DNA of 64,000 nucleotides from Eledone cirrhosa (GCA_964016885.1 OZ024743.1:254944001-255008000); one strand, 5' to 3'; positions 43,505 to 58,747 are shown, counted from the first letter of the stretch. Translations and numbers: made by a program. Notes: generated by a model from the sequence alone, not told the origin.

Positions 43505-44125
43505 TATTCGAGAGAAGACTACGGTGGTATGGTCACGTGATGCGCATGAAAGACGACAGCTGTATAAAAAAGTGCAGGGTGATCAAAATAGATGGTAGCC
43601 ACGGAGTAGGCAGACCCAGAAAAACCTGGGCTGACTTGATAAATTCCGACCTCACACACTTACACCTCTCCAAGACAATGTCTCTGGACCGAGATCTTTG
43701 GCGCTACGCAGTAATACAGAAGACCCTCCTTGCCTAAGTACAAAGCGAAACCTACAGTCAGTAGGCACCTCTTAACCAAAATACACCCCCAACCCTCGTC
43801 CCACTACCCCCACCCCATCCACACCACCCCTTTCGATGTAAAGTTATGTTGGTACCACAACATCCAGTCCTAAATAAATGAGGTCGTGTAGGTGTCACGA
43901 CAAAAAAACACACAGTCCACGCTGTAATGTGGCCATGTAGGTAACACAGTAAAAACCTCCCAGTCCACACTGTAAACGTGGTTGGTGTTAGAAGGGCATC
44001 CAGCCGTAGAAAACCCGCCAGACAGTCCTATACGAGCAAGACAACCAATCTTGCCTCAAGTGGGAAAATTCCCGTCCAGACCCATGCTAGCATGGAAGAT
44101 GGACGTTAAACGATGATGATGATCA
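43505..44125 (+). mobile_element. RTE LINE 3' end (end of ORF + 3' UTR + (GAT)n tail)
   Basis: ERRLRWYGHVMRM..GRPRKTW..DRDLWR; ends ggacgttaaacgatgatgat. Confidence 0.85.
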
Positions 44126-44729
44126 TCATCATCATCAACATCATCATCGTTTAACGTCCATTTACCATGCTAGCAAGGGTTAGATGGGTTGTTCAATTAG
44201 CGGTAAGTCGTGTCAGATTACCATGTCTTGCTCATATAGAACTGTTTCTGACTAGGTTTATACAATTATATCTTTACAATGTAAGGGTGGTGTGGACAGA
44301 AGTGGGTAGCTGGTGTTGGGGCATGGGAGGTGTATTGAAGGTAGTATAGTGGTTATGAGGTGCCTACTAGATGTCAGTTTCAGTCTGTGTGTATGGGAAG
44401 GCATGTCTTCTGTATTACTGCATGACACCAAAGATCTCAATCCTGTCTCATTGTCTTTGTTGGAAGTTAAGTGTGACATTTATCCTTGATAGACAAACAT
44501 ATATATATATATATTGATGTTAAGTCTGATATATAGCATACTAAAAGACAAACATATATGTAATTATGTAGTAAGGTAGCTGTGTGTGTGTGTATATGTA
44601 TATATGACATGATGAGTGACCAAGTGAGTAAACAGAGATATAATCTTATTGTGCCTCAAAAAAGAGTTGTGTTGAATGTGGGGAACGATGTCTGAAAATA
44701 GTTAAACAGTTAACTGTTTCTGTGGCTTG

Positions 44730-45165
44730 GATTGTTATAGTGAACATATACACACACAAACTCCCACACACAAATGCATACAAGCTTGTGAGCGTTAAGG
44801 TGAATAACCCACATACGCATAAGCTCATGGTTATTATGATGAAGTCACATACTCTCTCTTACACACACACATATAAGATTGTGATTATGGTGAACAGATA
44901 CACACACATAAGCTTGTGATTGTTAAGGTGAAGACACACAAGTTAGTGATTGTTATGGTGTAAATACAGACACACACATAAGCTTGTGATTGTTAAGGTG
45001 AAGACATACACACACACAGGTTAGTGATTGTTATGGTGAACATTCACTCACACACAAACTTGTGAATGTTATGGTGAATACACACACATATATAAACTGT
45101 GATTGTTTTTGTGAACACACACACACATATATAAGCTTATGATTCTTATAGTGGAGACACACACG
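44730..45165. repeat. Degenerate minisatellite, units of roughly 30-40 bp
   Basis: Recurrent gtgattgtta(t/a)ggtgaa.acacacac. Confidence 0.75.
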
Positions 45166-45190
45166 CATACTTGCTTATATATGTGTGTGT

Positions 45191-45308
45191 GAAGGCATGA
45201 GGTTTAGTGGTTAGGGTATTAGACTCACAATCGTAAGGTCATAAGTTCAGTTCCTGTGCTAGACAGCACATTGTGTTCTTGGGCAAAATGTTTTATTTCA
45301 CGTTGCTT
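45191..45308 (+). mobile_element. Second tRNA-derived SINE family head (reverse copies ~52075-52180 and ~58015-58135)
   Basis: tagtggttagg A-box-like, agttcagttcc B-box-like, gtgttcttgggcaa core. Confidence 0.65.
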
Positions 45309-45622
45309 TCCTTGATAGGAATGGCTCCTTTTCTTAAAATGCCCAAGAAACGTCTTATGAAATGTAACTCCCTAGTAAGCCAGTTAAACCCAAATAGGTA
45401 TAAGCTATGAATTTCATTTTTAAAGCATGCATGATATTTAAATAAGCCATTATCAAAAATGATTTAGTTACAAAACATATATATATAAGTTATTTACTTC
45501 TGTGACTCAGTACCATAATAAGTGTCTGCTGAAGAGGGATAAACACTGAAATACATACATATGGTATTCTTACAGAGATACTGAAGTAGTCGTGATATGA
45601 CCATAGATGAAAATACTCACAG

Positions 45623-45900
45623 TCATCATCATCATCACCGTTTTACGTCCGTTCTTCCATGCTAGCATGGGTTAGACGGGTTGTCCTGTTGTGGGCAGTG
45701 TCTGGTCGGTTGACCATGCCTTGCTCATACAGGAACTGATTTTGGCTTGGTTTCTACAGCTGGATGCCCTTCCTAACACCAACCTCATTTACAGTGAGTG
45801 CTGGGTGCTTTTTTTTCCATGGCGCCTACATGTCCACCTTACAATGTGGGCTGAGTGCTTTTTACCGTGACACCTCCATGACCACTTTGCAGTGGGAGGG
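45623..45900 (-). mobile_element. RTE-related 3' end
   Basis: catcatcatc..acgtccgttcttccatgctagcatggg..ggatgcccttcctaacacc. Confidence 0.72.
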
Positions 45901-48029
45901 TGTGGGGGCATATTGTCTATATGCTTCAGCTTGTACCCATGTAACACTATATATATGTTTCCATATACACCCCTATTCTGAATCGTACTGTATTAGTACT
46001 ATTGCAAATATATACATCATCATCATCCCTGTCTAATGTTTATTATCCATGCTTCCGTGGGTCAGATGGATTGTCATGTTCTGAGAAGAAACAGAGCTCC
46101 TGGCTGTGTCTCAACAGTATGTTTCATTCAGGTATGGTTACTACCTAATGACAACCATTTTGCACCAAGTACTGGGATTATTTCATCATAATACCAGCAC
46201 TACCATCCTAGAGGGTGAACTGGATGCTTTCTTTTGTGGTATCATGTGTGTGTTTGTGTATATATATATATATAAAATGTGTAACTCACTCAGCAGATCT
46301 AAATATAGACTGTTTATTCTGGATTATTGATATAGCTTAAATTAACAGAAAAATTGTCAGTTTTATTTTGGTGCAATGGTAACACAGCCACATGGTATAC
46401 AGCGAGTGTAAGTTTGAGTCACTCAAGTGACACTGTTTAATTTGTTTGTATCCATGAGCTTATAAAGCCCAACATTTTAGACTATTTTTCATAGTCAAAT
46501 ATGTGTTGATGCTGTTAACTTTAAGCTTTATATTCAAATATATATATATAAATATGAATGCGTGTGCGTATGTCTGTGTGTATGTGTGTGGCTGTCTTCA
46601 TGTCCATGTATATGTCTACATTTGTGTCTTTGTCTCAGTTTAAATCACATAATTTAGAGGTTAAAAAGGGATAACACAAGTACAGAATATGAAAAAGCAA
46701 AATGCTGAGGTTCATATGATCAACTTTAAAGCAGTGCTCCTGCATGGCCACAGTTTAAAAAACTTAAATCAGTAAAAGAGTATATATGTTCACCGTAACA
46801 ATCCAAGAGATAGGAACACTTAACTGTTTCAAACTTTTTAGATCTCATCCACCATTTACACCATACACATTCTTTATATAATACACAATGTTCATCCATC
46901 CACTCAATCATTCATGTCATATGCATACATACTACATAATTATATATATATGCTTGTCTTTCAGAACATTATATATCATACTGCTTAACTTCCAACAAAA
47001 TGTTTTATGTTATTATTTTATGACACCACACCACCCCTGTATTAATGTCTTTTGTTACACAGTAGTTCTAGTTAATGTATATTGATAACAAAAATAAACT
47101 GCATTAGATGTTGCAGTTACTGAAGGAAATTGCTTTGTTTTATGCAATATTCAGTGTAATGGATTTAACATTTAAGTGATTATAATACGTTAACTACAAT
47201 GTTTTGTAGGTAATTTAATGATGAATCTCTCCTAAACGTATAATGTGAATTAAATTGTGTATTTTTCAATCGAATAAAAATTTAATTAAAGTTAAAATGA
47301 ATATGAGTTCTCCTGAAATTCTAAACATATCACAGTTAATATTTTTTCAGTACATTATTTGGAGCAATTTTATTTTAAATTAATTCAACACTGGTATATA
47401 TATATATGCATATGTACCTAGACACACACACATACACACATACACACATACACATGCACATATATATATACATGCATGTGTACACACATATATATATATA
47501 TATATACATGCATACACACACACACACACACATATATATATACATGCATACACACATGTATATATATATATATACAAACACATACATGTATACACACACA
47601 CACATATATGCATATTAACACACATGCATATAGGCATGTATAATCATTTAACTTTTTTCTCATTTGTATATTGAACATTTTCAACATCACTCCATTGTGT
47701 TTGGCTCAAAGTAGTTATTATTCCTGTTGATAGCTGTCACTGTTGTCATTGTCATAACAACCATCATCATCATCAACATTATAGTTTTAACATTCTGTGT
47801 CATCTTAACCATGACATTTTCAACTTTTCCACCAATCTTCTTTGGTCTGCCACTATCTCACATTTTATCTTTATGATAGTCTGTTCACACTTGTATTATA
47901 TGTTAACTAAACGCTCATACATTTTACTCATGTGAAATATTTTTTCTATTTCTTCCCATTCTGTCTTCTTATAAAGGACTAATGTCCAAAACATTAAGTC
48001 GCTTTCCCTACTATATCAAGCATTAAACT

Positions 48030-48650
48030 GGTAGTTACGGAGTAGGTAGACCCAGAAAAAACTGGGACGATCTGATGAATTCCGACCTTACATACTGGCT
48101 AGTAACCATATGAATGAAACATACTGTTGAGACACAACCAGGTGCTCTGTTTCTTCTCAGAACATGACAATCCATCTGACCCACGGAAGCATGGATAATG
48201 TCACTGGACCGAGATCTTTGGCGCTACGCAGTAATACAGAAGACCCGCCTTGCCTATGTACAAAGCGAAACCTACAGTCAGTAGGCACCTCTCAACCAAA
48301 TATACACCCCAATCCACTACCCCTACTCTATCCTCCCACTCCCACCAACACCACCCTCTCTCTGTAAAGTTGGTACCACAACATCCAGTCCAAATAAATG
48401 AGATAATGAGATAAAAAAAAACACACAGTCCACGCTGTAATGTGGTCATGTAGGTAACATGGTAAAAAGTTCCCAGTTCCACACTGTAAATTGGTTGGTG
48501 TTAGGAAGGGCATCCAGCCATAGAAAACCCGCCAGACAGTCCTATATGAGCGAGACATGGTCACCCGACCAACCTTGCCTCAAGTGGGACAACTCCATTC
48601 TAACCCATGCTAGCATGGAAGATGGACGTTAAAAGATGATGATGATGATT
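48030..48650 (+). mobile_element. RTE LINE 3' end, interrupted
   Basis: Near copy of ~43600-44120 with (GAT)n tail; 48100-48200 matches 46030-46115 in reverse. Confidence 0.78.
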
Positions 48651-48859
48651 GCATGTATTGTTCTCCTAAGATTTTTCATTGTTGAATGTTTGCTTATATA
48701 TATATGTATGTATGTATATATAGTATCCTGACTTTTAGAATAGGTACACCACATTTGTTGGTGTTATTATTATTATTATTATCACTATTGCACTGGGATA
48801 ATTGCTGGCCTTGTGCCAAAAGTAGAAACACTTATTATTATTATTATTATTATTATATA

Positions 48860-49080
48860 AAGGCGGTGGATTGGCATTATCGGTGGAGTGTTGGACACCT
48901 TGCTTCATGGCATAGACTTACACCTCTTTATGTTCTGAGTTCAAATCCCATTGAAGTTAGCTTTGCCTTTCATCCTTACAGGGGTCAATAAAATAAAGCA
49001 CCAGTAATGCACTGGAATCGATTTAATCAACTTTCTTCTCCCCTTCAAATTGCTGGCCTTGGGTCTAAAGTAGAAACAAT
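48860..49080 (+). mobile_element. tRNA-derived SINE with (ATT)n tail
   Basis: aggcggtggattggca..gagttcaaatcc..gcctttcatccttacaggggtcaataaaataaagcaccag. Confidence 0.8.
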
Positions 49081-49552
49081 TATTATTATTATTATTATTA
49101 AAAACTTCCTTTGATTCCTGCTGTTAATGTCAGCCTGATACATGAGCCAAAATTTGGTAATACTCACATTTAACAATCAATTGGCATATAAATGATACAA
49201 TAAAGACATAAACACAACAACAAATGTCATTGCAATGTATTTATATTAATAATTTCCTTCTTAGGGCATGGACAGCACTATTGTTTTGTATATCTTGCAA
49301 CCATGACTTTCTATGTATCTGGTCTAGATACTCATCTGTACCCTTTTCTTATCATTTATTTGCCTTGATCATTCTGTTTGCATTCACAGAAAAATGCCAA
49401 AGCATTGTCACATTCTTAGCTTCTGGGACTGCATCTGGGTGATGTTTGCACCCAGATGTATTTATGTCATAAAACCTGTATATTAACCAGTGTTTAAAAT
49501 TGCCATGGTCTATCATATCTAGTTTTATGCACTTGGGGAAGTAATACTTTCA

Positions 49553-49612
<60 letters not shown>

Positions 49613-50223
49613 GTTAACATTATTATTGTTGTCATTATTATTGTTATCATTATTATTGTTATTATTATTATCATTCGACCTCTATCATAATGGAGTAAAT
49701 ATCCAAATCTAGTTTTACATTTTAGTATATCATACTCAAGACATTAATGGAATATTAAATAATTTTCTCCGCTCAAGGCATTTTCTTGCTTTTTTTTTAA
49801 ATTATATTTCTATATTTTTGTCTTTTTTGTTTGTTCCACATAAAAAGTAAAAATAAATAGAAAATAGATGAATAAATAAATAAGCTATTAAGTAGGTAAT
49901 AGTTTCAAACAAAAATAATGACAAAATATTACCCCCAAAATTTGAAAATGTTCAGTGTGTTGCATACCTAACATTATTATCATCATAAAGAATATTATCC
50001 TTAATTTAATGATTTCATTCCACCAGCTATTTTCCCTCCTATTCCTCCAAAACATTATTATATGTGTGTATTTGTGTGTGTGTATATTTATATATATATA
50101 TATATATATATATAGATGATGATGATGATGATGATATATATATATATATACACATGCACACACATACATACATACATAATACATACATACATACATACAT
50201 ACATACATACATACATACATACA

Positions 50224-50255
<32 letters not shown>

Positions 50256-52480
50256 ATACTAGCATTTTTCCAGAATTAAACAGAAGAGTTTTTCTGTTAC
50301 TAAGATTTCATTTTCAATCATTTATTTAACTATATATTGTTTAAAGCATGGAAGCTTACTTGGAAAATTCTAAGGCAATGTTGAACAATGGGAAAAATGC
50401 CTCAAGGTATGATTAAATTTAGATATGGAACACGAATAATTTCATTTTTACATTTTCAAATCTATCTTTTATTTTTTTTTTTTTGTCTCTAACTTTCTAA
50501 TCACCCAAGGTGTGTTTTATACTGATACGTCTGTTTGGAAAGTATAAAGTAAGTGGTTATCTGGTTAAGTTGGTTATGTGGTTACTTATTCATTCGTTGC
50601 CAATTAGATTTATATAAAAGTTTATAGCAGAGGTATGTATCAATTGCTGGAATTAATAATAACCTGCTAGCAGAAGAGAAGAAATGTTGTAGCTTATAGT
50701 AAAGTAGATCTGTTGCTTACCATTGTTCCTGAAGACAAATGACAAATTTATTCTTCAAAAGTACAGTAAGCCCTTGGTGTAACAGATCCCTGATTTAGCA
50801 GATTATCAATTTAACCCACTACATAACAATATTACCAAACTCTACAATCAGTATGGTCACAGTAAACTAATCCTAATCTACACTGTCAAAATAAGGAAAG
50901 GAGTCAGTTCTTGTATTGGACCAAATAAACTATAATTCCCTTTGTCTTTCTGTTGTTGATACTATTCATTGTTCGCAACTCCTGGCAGAATGTCACCACT
51001 TTTCAAAGGATTGGAGGCAGTATTTGAACTCAAAATTCACAAAACTGAAACAGATATTGTAAACAGTCTTGACCAACTCTTTAACAGTTCTGCTAATTAA
51101 CCTCCCCTTGAAAGGTACTTTCTTCATTGGCCCTGAAAGAAAGTGCAAAAGATGGTCTTGGCAGAATTTGAATTCAGGATGCAGAGAGCTGAAACAAATG
51201 TCAAGACTTTTAATCCAATGCTCTAATGACTTCATTCACCAGTGTCAAAAATGAATTAATTATTTCATATTCTTTATTATGGCTGCAGTCTAATAACTGA
51301 AGTCAGTAAAAAAATAAAATATTAATTGAAGCATTTTATATTGTGCATTAGTGTAGATTGTATTATAGCAGACTTTTACTTTTCTTTTTTTTTTTAATAA
51401 ATACAATAAAAATGATCCCTAGGTTAATTCAATTTAACAGATTTTTGTCATTAGTGGACACATCTCCCATTCTGACTACACCATTACATTGAGGATTTAC
51501 TGATTTTTGATTCACTGCAGTTTTAGTGCAGTGAAGCCAAAATCAGGAGGAAATACCCAAACTATGACTTCCAAGTTGGATAGTGTGTGTAAAAGATACA
51601 TGTGCCAAAATGTTTTAATTTTAGTTTATTTTGTAATTTACAAATATATACTATATACTTAGTATACACATACGTGGCTAGATGGATGAATTGTTTTAAA
51701 CCGATTGGGTGGCTGGCTAGATAGATGGAGAGCTAAATAGATAAGTGCATATATGGATGGAGAAATTGTTAAATAGATAGATATATAGCAAAATGGATGG
51801 ATAGATAGATGGAGAGATGAATGAATAAATGCATGGATAGATTGATTACTAGATACACAGATGGATAGGTGAATGGATTGAAAGATGGATGGATCAATTA
51901 ATAGGTAGAAAGATAGAGAGATGGTTAAATGGATAGATAAATAAATAAGAATATGAAAATAACAGCTCACATTTTACAGAATAAGCTAGTCTCTTAAGAG
52001 GTTGTATCTCATTGAAGGTTCCTTGATTGTTGTAATAATAGATGACCCAGTCTTATCCTCAAAAACAATTTGAAATGAAGCATCTTGCTCAAGAAAACAA
52101 TGCACTATCTATTTTAGCATTTGAGCTCTTTACCTTTAGACTGTGAGTCCAACACTCTAACCACAAGGTTGCGTGCCTTCATGGTGGATCAATAGATATG
52201 CTGTATGTGTTTGTTTGTGTATATTTATGTTTGTATATATATATGTGTGTGTGTCTGTCTGTCTGGTTTGTTTTATTAGTTTAGTTTTTGTGTGTCTCTG
52301 TATGTCTCATCATCTTGTCCTTAGTTACTAGTTGTGAGATTGTTGCTCTTCCACTCATGTTTTCTGCTTAGTGTTGGTTGGGCACACACAAATAGAACAA
52401 GATAGAACAAGTAACCAACTAGTGACAAGAAAATATATGTATAAATAAATAAACAAATAAATATATGAAAATAGATAAAT

Positions 52481-52725
52481 AAATAAAAAAACACACAAAC
52501 ATGCACACAAACCCAAATATAGTGCATGTACAGCCCAAGTACACAGCTCACACAATCAAGATGATGAAGGACAGAACAAAGGAGAGACACAGTAATTATT
52601 TTGTTGTTATTTTGTGTCTCTCCTTTGTTCTGTCCTCCACCATCTTGATTGGTGTGAGCTGTGTACTTGGGCTGTACATGCATTATATCTGGGTTTGTGT
52701 GCATATTTGTGTGTGTTTTTATTTA
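52481..52725. repeat. ~130 bp-arm inverted repeat
   Basis: tgcatgtacagcccaagtacacagctcacac..ggagagacaca / tgtgtctctcc..gtgtgagctgtgtacttgggctgtacatgca. Confidence 0.85.
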
Positions 52726-53077
52726 AGAAGGTCACATAAACAGCTTTGACAATCAATAACTTAATAGCCATCCAGTTATTAATTTGAAGTTTATAATAAA
52801 TTGAAGTGAAATCCAACAAATGCAGGTGTTTTAATGGCAGCATGACACCCACCACTAAAGTATAACAATATATGTTTCAACACAAGTTTTCAGATACTAA
52901 ATCTTGCGGAAAAAATACAAGAACAAAGTATATATATATATATTTATTAAAATAACAGATTAAAGTTTAAGCAAAGAATCACTGCTTTCACCTTTATATA
53001 ATATATATTTGATATATATAATATATTTATATATATATTATCCTTATCGAACCCTCTTCGGATTTTAGTCTTCACAT

Positions 53078-53108
<31 letters not shown>

Positions 53109-53939
53109 TTCTATGAAGAAAGGATAGGGCTGTCGCCAAGCGGTGGTTCATTTATCTAAATATAGTATGTGTTTTTGTATATCTAGCGATATATGTTATA
53201 TTTATAAATAAACATCTTGAAAACCTTCAGCTATGAATTTGGAAACTAATGGCATAGTGCCATCTTGCAGAGCAGCAGCTAATGGTGGGTAACTAATGGC
53301 AAGGATGTCACCAATTCTGACTCCAGGCATTATCAAGCCAGTGCATTTTACCCTGCTGACTGCTGGAGCTCAATATAGGCAAAAGCATATAGTTTAGAAA
53401 CCTATGTAGATGGGCTGATTAACCTCATTTGCATATAGAGCTATCAGCTGGCTCAACCAGAAAGTAAAATTAAGGTATCAGCTCTAACATAACTCTGTAT
53501 GCGTTTTCGTACATCTAGCTATATGCAGTATGTTTATAAATAAACATTTTGAAAACTTTCAGAAATGGTAACATGATTGTCATCAGTTAGCCACACTAAG
53601 CTTCTGCTGGAATCTGTTAGATGATACTACCCCCATCAGTTTCCAAATTCATAGCTGAAGGCTTTTGAAAGGTCATGAATTTTGGGTAATGACTGAAAGA
53701 ATACGATCAAAAATACAGGTGACTGAAATGGAGTTTCTCTGAAGGGTTTCAACCAATGCATAGCTCAGAGATTAGAGAGTCACCCTAGGTAGAGCCACTA
53801 CTTCTCTGAATTAAGAGATCACAGCTCTCATACTACGGCCATGTGATTAAAATATCTCAGGAAAGAATTGCTGGACAGATTTTATGGGCAAAACCAACCT
53901 GAAGGAGACCTGTGTGTAGAGCTCAAGCAAGATGGTAGA

Positions 53940-54120
53940 ATAATTGTTTCTACTTTTGACACAAGGTCAGCAATTACATTACTGGTACTTTATTTGCTCG
54001 ACCCCATAAGAATGAAAGGCAAAGTTAACCTCGGTGGGATTTGAACTCAGACCGTAATGTGACGTAACTATGCTGGAAAGTATGGCGTCCGACCCTCTAC
54101 CGATACTGCCAATCCACCGC
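53940..54120 (-). mobile_element. tRNA-derived SINE with probable target-site duplication
   Basis: Family match; caagatggtagaataa occurs on both sides (~53928 and ~54120). Confidence 0.85.
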
Positions 54121-54288
54121 AAGATGGTAGAATAACATCCATGAGTTTGGCTGGTCTTGCTTGGGGATCCAGCCGGATCAGTTGGAGAGGGTTGCTTCTG
54201 ACAGGACCTGCTGAAAGGAGTGCTTAAGGACTCTGACCCCATGACCCTCTCAAGAAAAATGTGTTTAAAGAAGAATATATATATATAT

Positions 54289-54832
54289 GTCTAATGGTAG
54301 CTAAGATGCTTCCATAGGCAACATGCTGGTTGAGCACTCTATGCTCCTGCGGAGCAGAGTATTATAGAATGGAAAAAGAAAAATCAGTGATGCATCGGAA
54401 CTCAATTTATTGTGTTACAATTGTTTCCCCGGCGAACAGCTCGAGGTGCGATCCGTGTGTGGATCTACATGACTCTAGACTCACAGGTTCCTCGGACACG
54501 TCTATTGATTTCGGATCATATCCTCTTTTTGGGGTTTTCTGGCCCTACAAGCCTAAATCGTCCAGCTTCAACTGCTTTGCGCGTCCTTTGGAGTGACCAA
54601 CCCAAAGATGCGCAAAGCCAATGAAGGTGGACGATATAGGCTTGTCGGGCCAGAAAACCCCAGAAAGAGGATATGATCCGAAATCAATAAACGTGTCCGA
54701 GTAACTTGCGAGACTAGAGTCAGGTAGATCCACACACAGATCGCACCTCGAGCTGTTCACCAGGGAAACAATTGTAACACACAATAAATTGAGTTCCGAT
54801 GCATCACTGATTTTTCGTTTTCCATTCTATAT
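54289..54832 (-). mobile_element. Non-autonomous PLE-type hairpin element with HHR
   Basis: ~72 bp tail; arms ~54363-54580 / ~54610-54832; TA runs on both sides. Confidence 0.78.
54412..54499 (-). ncRNA. Hammerhead ribozyme variant, CCGAGGA core
   Basis: Minus strand: gtgt CCGAGGA acctg..ccggg GAA ACAATTGT A acac. Confidence 0.62.
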
Positions 54833-56069
54833 ATATATATGAGAGAGAGAGAGAATCTGCAGTGCTGAGGCCAAGAGACCACTAATCATGGGAGTACTAA
54901 ATGCATGAGGAGATGCTGATTGGGTATAGAGATATGTAGAATCCCGATCATGGAAGTCGGGATTTTACATATCTCTCTCTCTGTCTCTCCATGTATATAT
55001 CCAAACAGGTGTTTTAGATAATGTTCATAAGTACAATGTTGCTGCTGATGATCATGAAGAGAAGGAGGGGCAAAGTGGCTATTGACAGTCATGGTGATTA
55101 ATATGACAAGTATAAATTTGATAATGATTATCGTTGTGGAATGTTAATTTAAATGACGGGGAAGTTGACAACTATGACGATGATTACTATAGTGTGATGA
55201 CGAGGAAAAGACGAATAGTAATTATTCTGGTAATGAGTATTGTGGTTCTGGTGGTGGTGGTGGTGGAGGTGACGATAATAGTGATGTTTGTGGTAGTGGT
55301 TATGAGGATAATGATGTAAAGTTTGAAAGCAATTATTTTGATGAAGATGTAGCTTTGTGGTGGTGGAGAATTATGATGATTCTGACGATGATCATGATGA
55401 TGGTTCTAATTTTGATGATGCTGATGATTCTGATGATGTAGTTAAATCGTTGGCGCTCTATTCACTGTAAATGTGTATCAATGGAAAGATCAATATAACA
55501 CCATTAACATTTGATTGATTAATTGGTCAATTTGGTGCCCTTTGACCTCTCCTAGATCTTTAGAACCTAATGAGGTATTTCTACATTTCATATAACTATA
55601 AGCAAGACTTCAGACCTATTTCTACAATTGTGGGAGGCTGCAGAAGCGGTACTGACTGGCATCTGTATAGGTTTACAAAACAAACAATTGCCATCATCAT
55701 TAGCATCCTCACCAAACAGGACTACTTCATCATAGCTAGATTTACTTTTCATTTGGAGTTACCACACAGTAAGAAAAAATGAAAAGTCAAATTTACAGCT
55801 CAAACATGTATGGGTTTATCTATCCTTCTACTTGGTTGGATCACATAGGATGTTCCTTGGTTGTTTTAATGCCCTATTAAGGAGAGCAATGTTGAAAGAA
55901 GGCTCCTGCTCAACAAAACAACATGCTGCTCAATTCGGGAATCAAACCTATGGGATTATGTTTGTGAATCAAATACCCTAACCACTGTTCCATGATAAAG
56001 AAAACAGAATAATAGCAAAGACTGAAGGCAACATAATAATAATAATAAAAATATTAATATTAATATATA

Positions 56070-56359
56070 TAAACTGTAGTGTGCAGGAGAGAAGACAGCA
56101 TTAATATGGCCATGTGATGCGCATGGAAGATGACAGCTGGGTGAAGAAGTGCCAAGTAATCCCAGTGGAAGGAAGATGCAGTAGAGGAAGACCACGAAAA
56201 AATGGGTGGAGGTGGTGAGAGCTGGCTTCAGATCACTGAAGCTCACAAAGGAGATGACGAGGGACCGTGACGAATGGAGAAATGCTGTGCGGAAGAAGAC
56301 CCGTCCCACCCTTGCAAGCAGGTAAGAGCGGATGTAAAATTATGATGGTTATGATGATG

Positions 56360-56360
<1 letters not shown>
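56070..56360 (+). mobile_element. RTE LINE 3' end fragment
   Basis: RRRQH..GHVMRMEDDSWVKKC..GR..RGRPRKKW..MTRDRDEWR. Confidence 0.75.
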
Positions 56361-56390
<30 letters not shown>

Positions 56391-57694
56391 TGCACACACA
56401 TATATATAAAATAATTTACAAAAGAAATATATTCCTTGGTAATACAATAACTAAGACATGTAATTGTTGAATTAATATCAATGTTAGAAGTAGTTATAAA
56501 AGCTGATGGTAGTCGTATTTATCATAGATTTCTCTGGTAGTTAGTATTAGTTTAAAATATATATCTTAAAATGGAAACTGATTGTATGTTCTCTAATCTT
56601 TACAACTTTCAACATTTTCCATCATTTATTGAAGATTAGATGAGAGATAAGACAAAAAAGAAATACATAAATATATTGAAATAAAAGGAAATAAATATGT
56701 TTATCTTGTGTTTATTGCTGGGATAAGTAGAACTGTTTGTTTGAGGTTTTCCTTGGTCAGAGGTAAATACTAATCACTAATCAATACTATTGAATTTTGC
56801 TGATATCAATTTTACTGGTAAATGTTTGATCACGCATCCCTACTCTCACTAACCCATTCTGATATCAAAAGGGTTAATAACTATAATGGTGATGATGAAA
56901 CAGATGTGGGAATGGATGATAGATGTAGCGTTTAACCTTTTTGATGTCAAACCATCAGAAATTGTTCCTAGTTCTAAAATACAAACCATTTCTTTTAACT
57001 CTTATTATCCTGTAATGATTTAGTGGAAAATATCTAAAAACTCTTTTGTTACTTTAAATTTTTATAGTATTTTTAATACTAGACAGATCACTGTAAATAT
57101 TTGCAATATTAGTGTAAAGATTGCAAATTCTGAAGTGTTGCTGTTCCAGTGATGTCTTATACTTTTCAAGAATGTCTTGCTAATGCAGTGTCATGTTGCA
57201 CAAGACATTAAGAGTCAAATTTTTGTATACAAATTGAAACATTTTGTCATGATTTTATGTAAGAACCTTTAAATTATATTCCAAATATCAGCTTAAATCC
57301 TTAATAATTTCAATGTTAGTTATAGCATAAGCTGTTAGTTATAGCATAAGCTAACAAAATGTTGTTAGATAAAAATGATGTGGGGGGGGGGGGGGATTTT
57401 AATTTAATAGTAAGCCTCTAAAATGCAAAGGTTAGTAAATTTACGAAATGCCTTCAAATTCAATTTCCATTTATTGTTAGAATTACTTGAAACATAGGAG
57501 GTGTATTTCATTAAAAACTTGTTAATGAAAGGGTTCAGCTAATGAACAATTTTGGTGCCAACACATCTAAAACACTGCAAGTTCTATGCAATAAAACCAC
57601 TCATTTAAAAAGGTTTCCTTGCCAAATAACTATAGATATATGTATATAAAATTATATTGGTATACATATAGAGGAGGTAACCAAGACGGCACAA

Positions 57695-57965
57695 ATCATC
57701 ATCATCACCGTTTTTACGTCCATTCTTCCACGTTAGCATGGATTAGACGGATTATCCTGCGTGGGCAGTGTCCAGTTGTCTGACCTTGTCTTGCTCATAC
57801 GGGAACTGATTCTGGCTTGATTTCTGCAGATGGATGCCCTTCCTAATACCAACCTTATTTACAGTGAGTACTGGGTGCTTTTTTTACGTGGCGCCTACAT
57901 GTCCACTTTACAGAGTGGGCTGGGTGCTTTTTTGCCATGGCACCTCCACGATCACTTTGCAGTGG
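57695..57965 (-). mobile_element. RTE-related 3' end
   Basis: Same family as 45623-45900. Confidence 0.72.
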
Positions 57966-58711
57966 AATGATAGAGACCCCAGTCCTATCATCTCATTTCT
58001 ACAGTCGAGTAAACTAGAGCAATGTGAAATAAAGTGTCTTGCTCAAGGAAACAACACATCACTCGGTCCAAGAATTGAACTCACAACCTTTCGATTGCAA
58101 GCCCAGTGCTCTAACCACTAAGCCATGTGCCTTCATATATACACATTTTTATTATGTAAGGATGTAATCATGTCAGAAAATGTGAATTTCCCAGTAGATT
58201 GAAACAATTATAAATACTTTTAATTGATTTTCGAATTTAGTTGGGTCCTCATCACAAGCCATGTATATCATCTGAATAACCACAAGGAAACATGCATTTG
58301 ATGGGCTTATATAGTCATTCCCTATTAGTATTATTCTAAAATGGATGTACTAATTCGTTAAGTAATTAGTACCCATACTGGTAGATAATTAAGATATATA
58401 TTAAGAAGTGCTCTAGCAAACGAACTGTACAATAAAGTTATATCTGTAAACATACAGAATGGGTAATTGAGAATGCACAATTGTGTATAAATATACATAT
58501 TTCTATTATGTAGGCATGTGAACATGTCAGAAAATATGAATTTCCCTGTAAATTGGAAAAATGATAAACACCTTTAATCGTTGGCCTCTCATCAGAAGGC
58601 ATATATATCATCTAAATAACCACAAGGAAACACATATTTGATGGGCTTCTATATATAGATATATATATATATGAATGTAGATATTTATATTAGTGTATAT
58701 GTATGTGTGTG

Positions 58712-58747
<36 letters not shown>

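Noticed and set aside
45520-45580. CTGAAGA..GAAATAC..GTAT HHR-like motif
   Set aside because: Stems I and II are too weak to call; at best a decayed remnant
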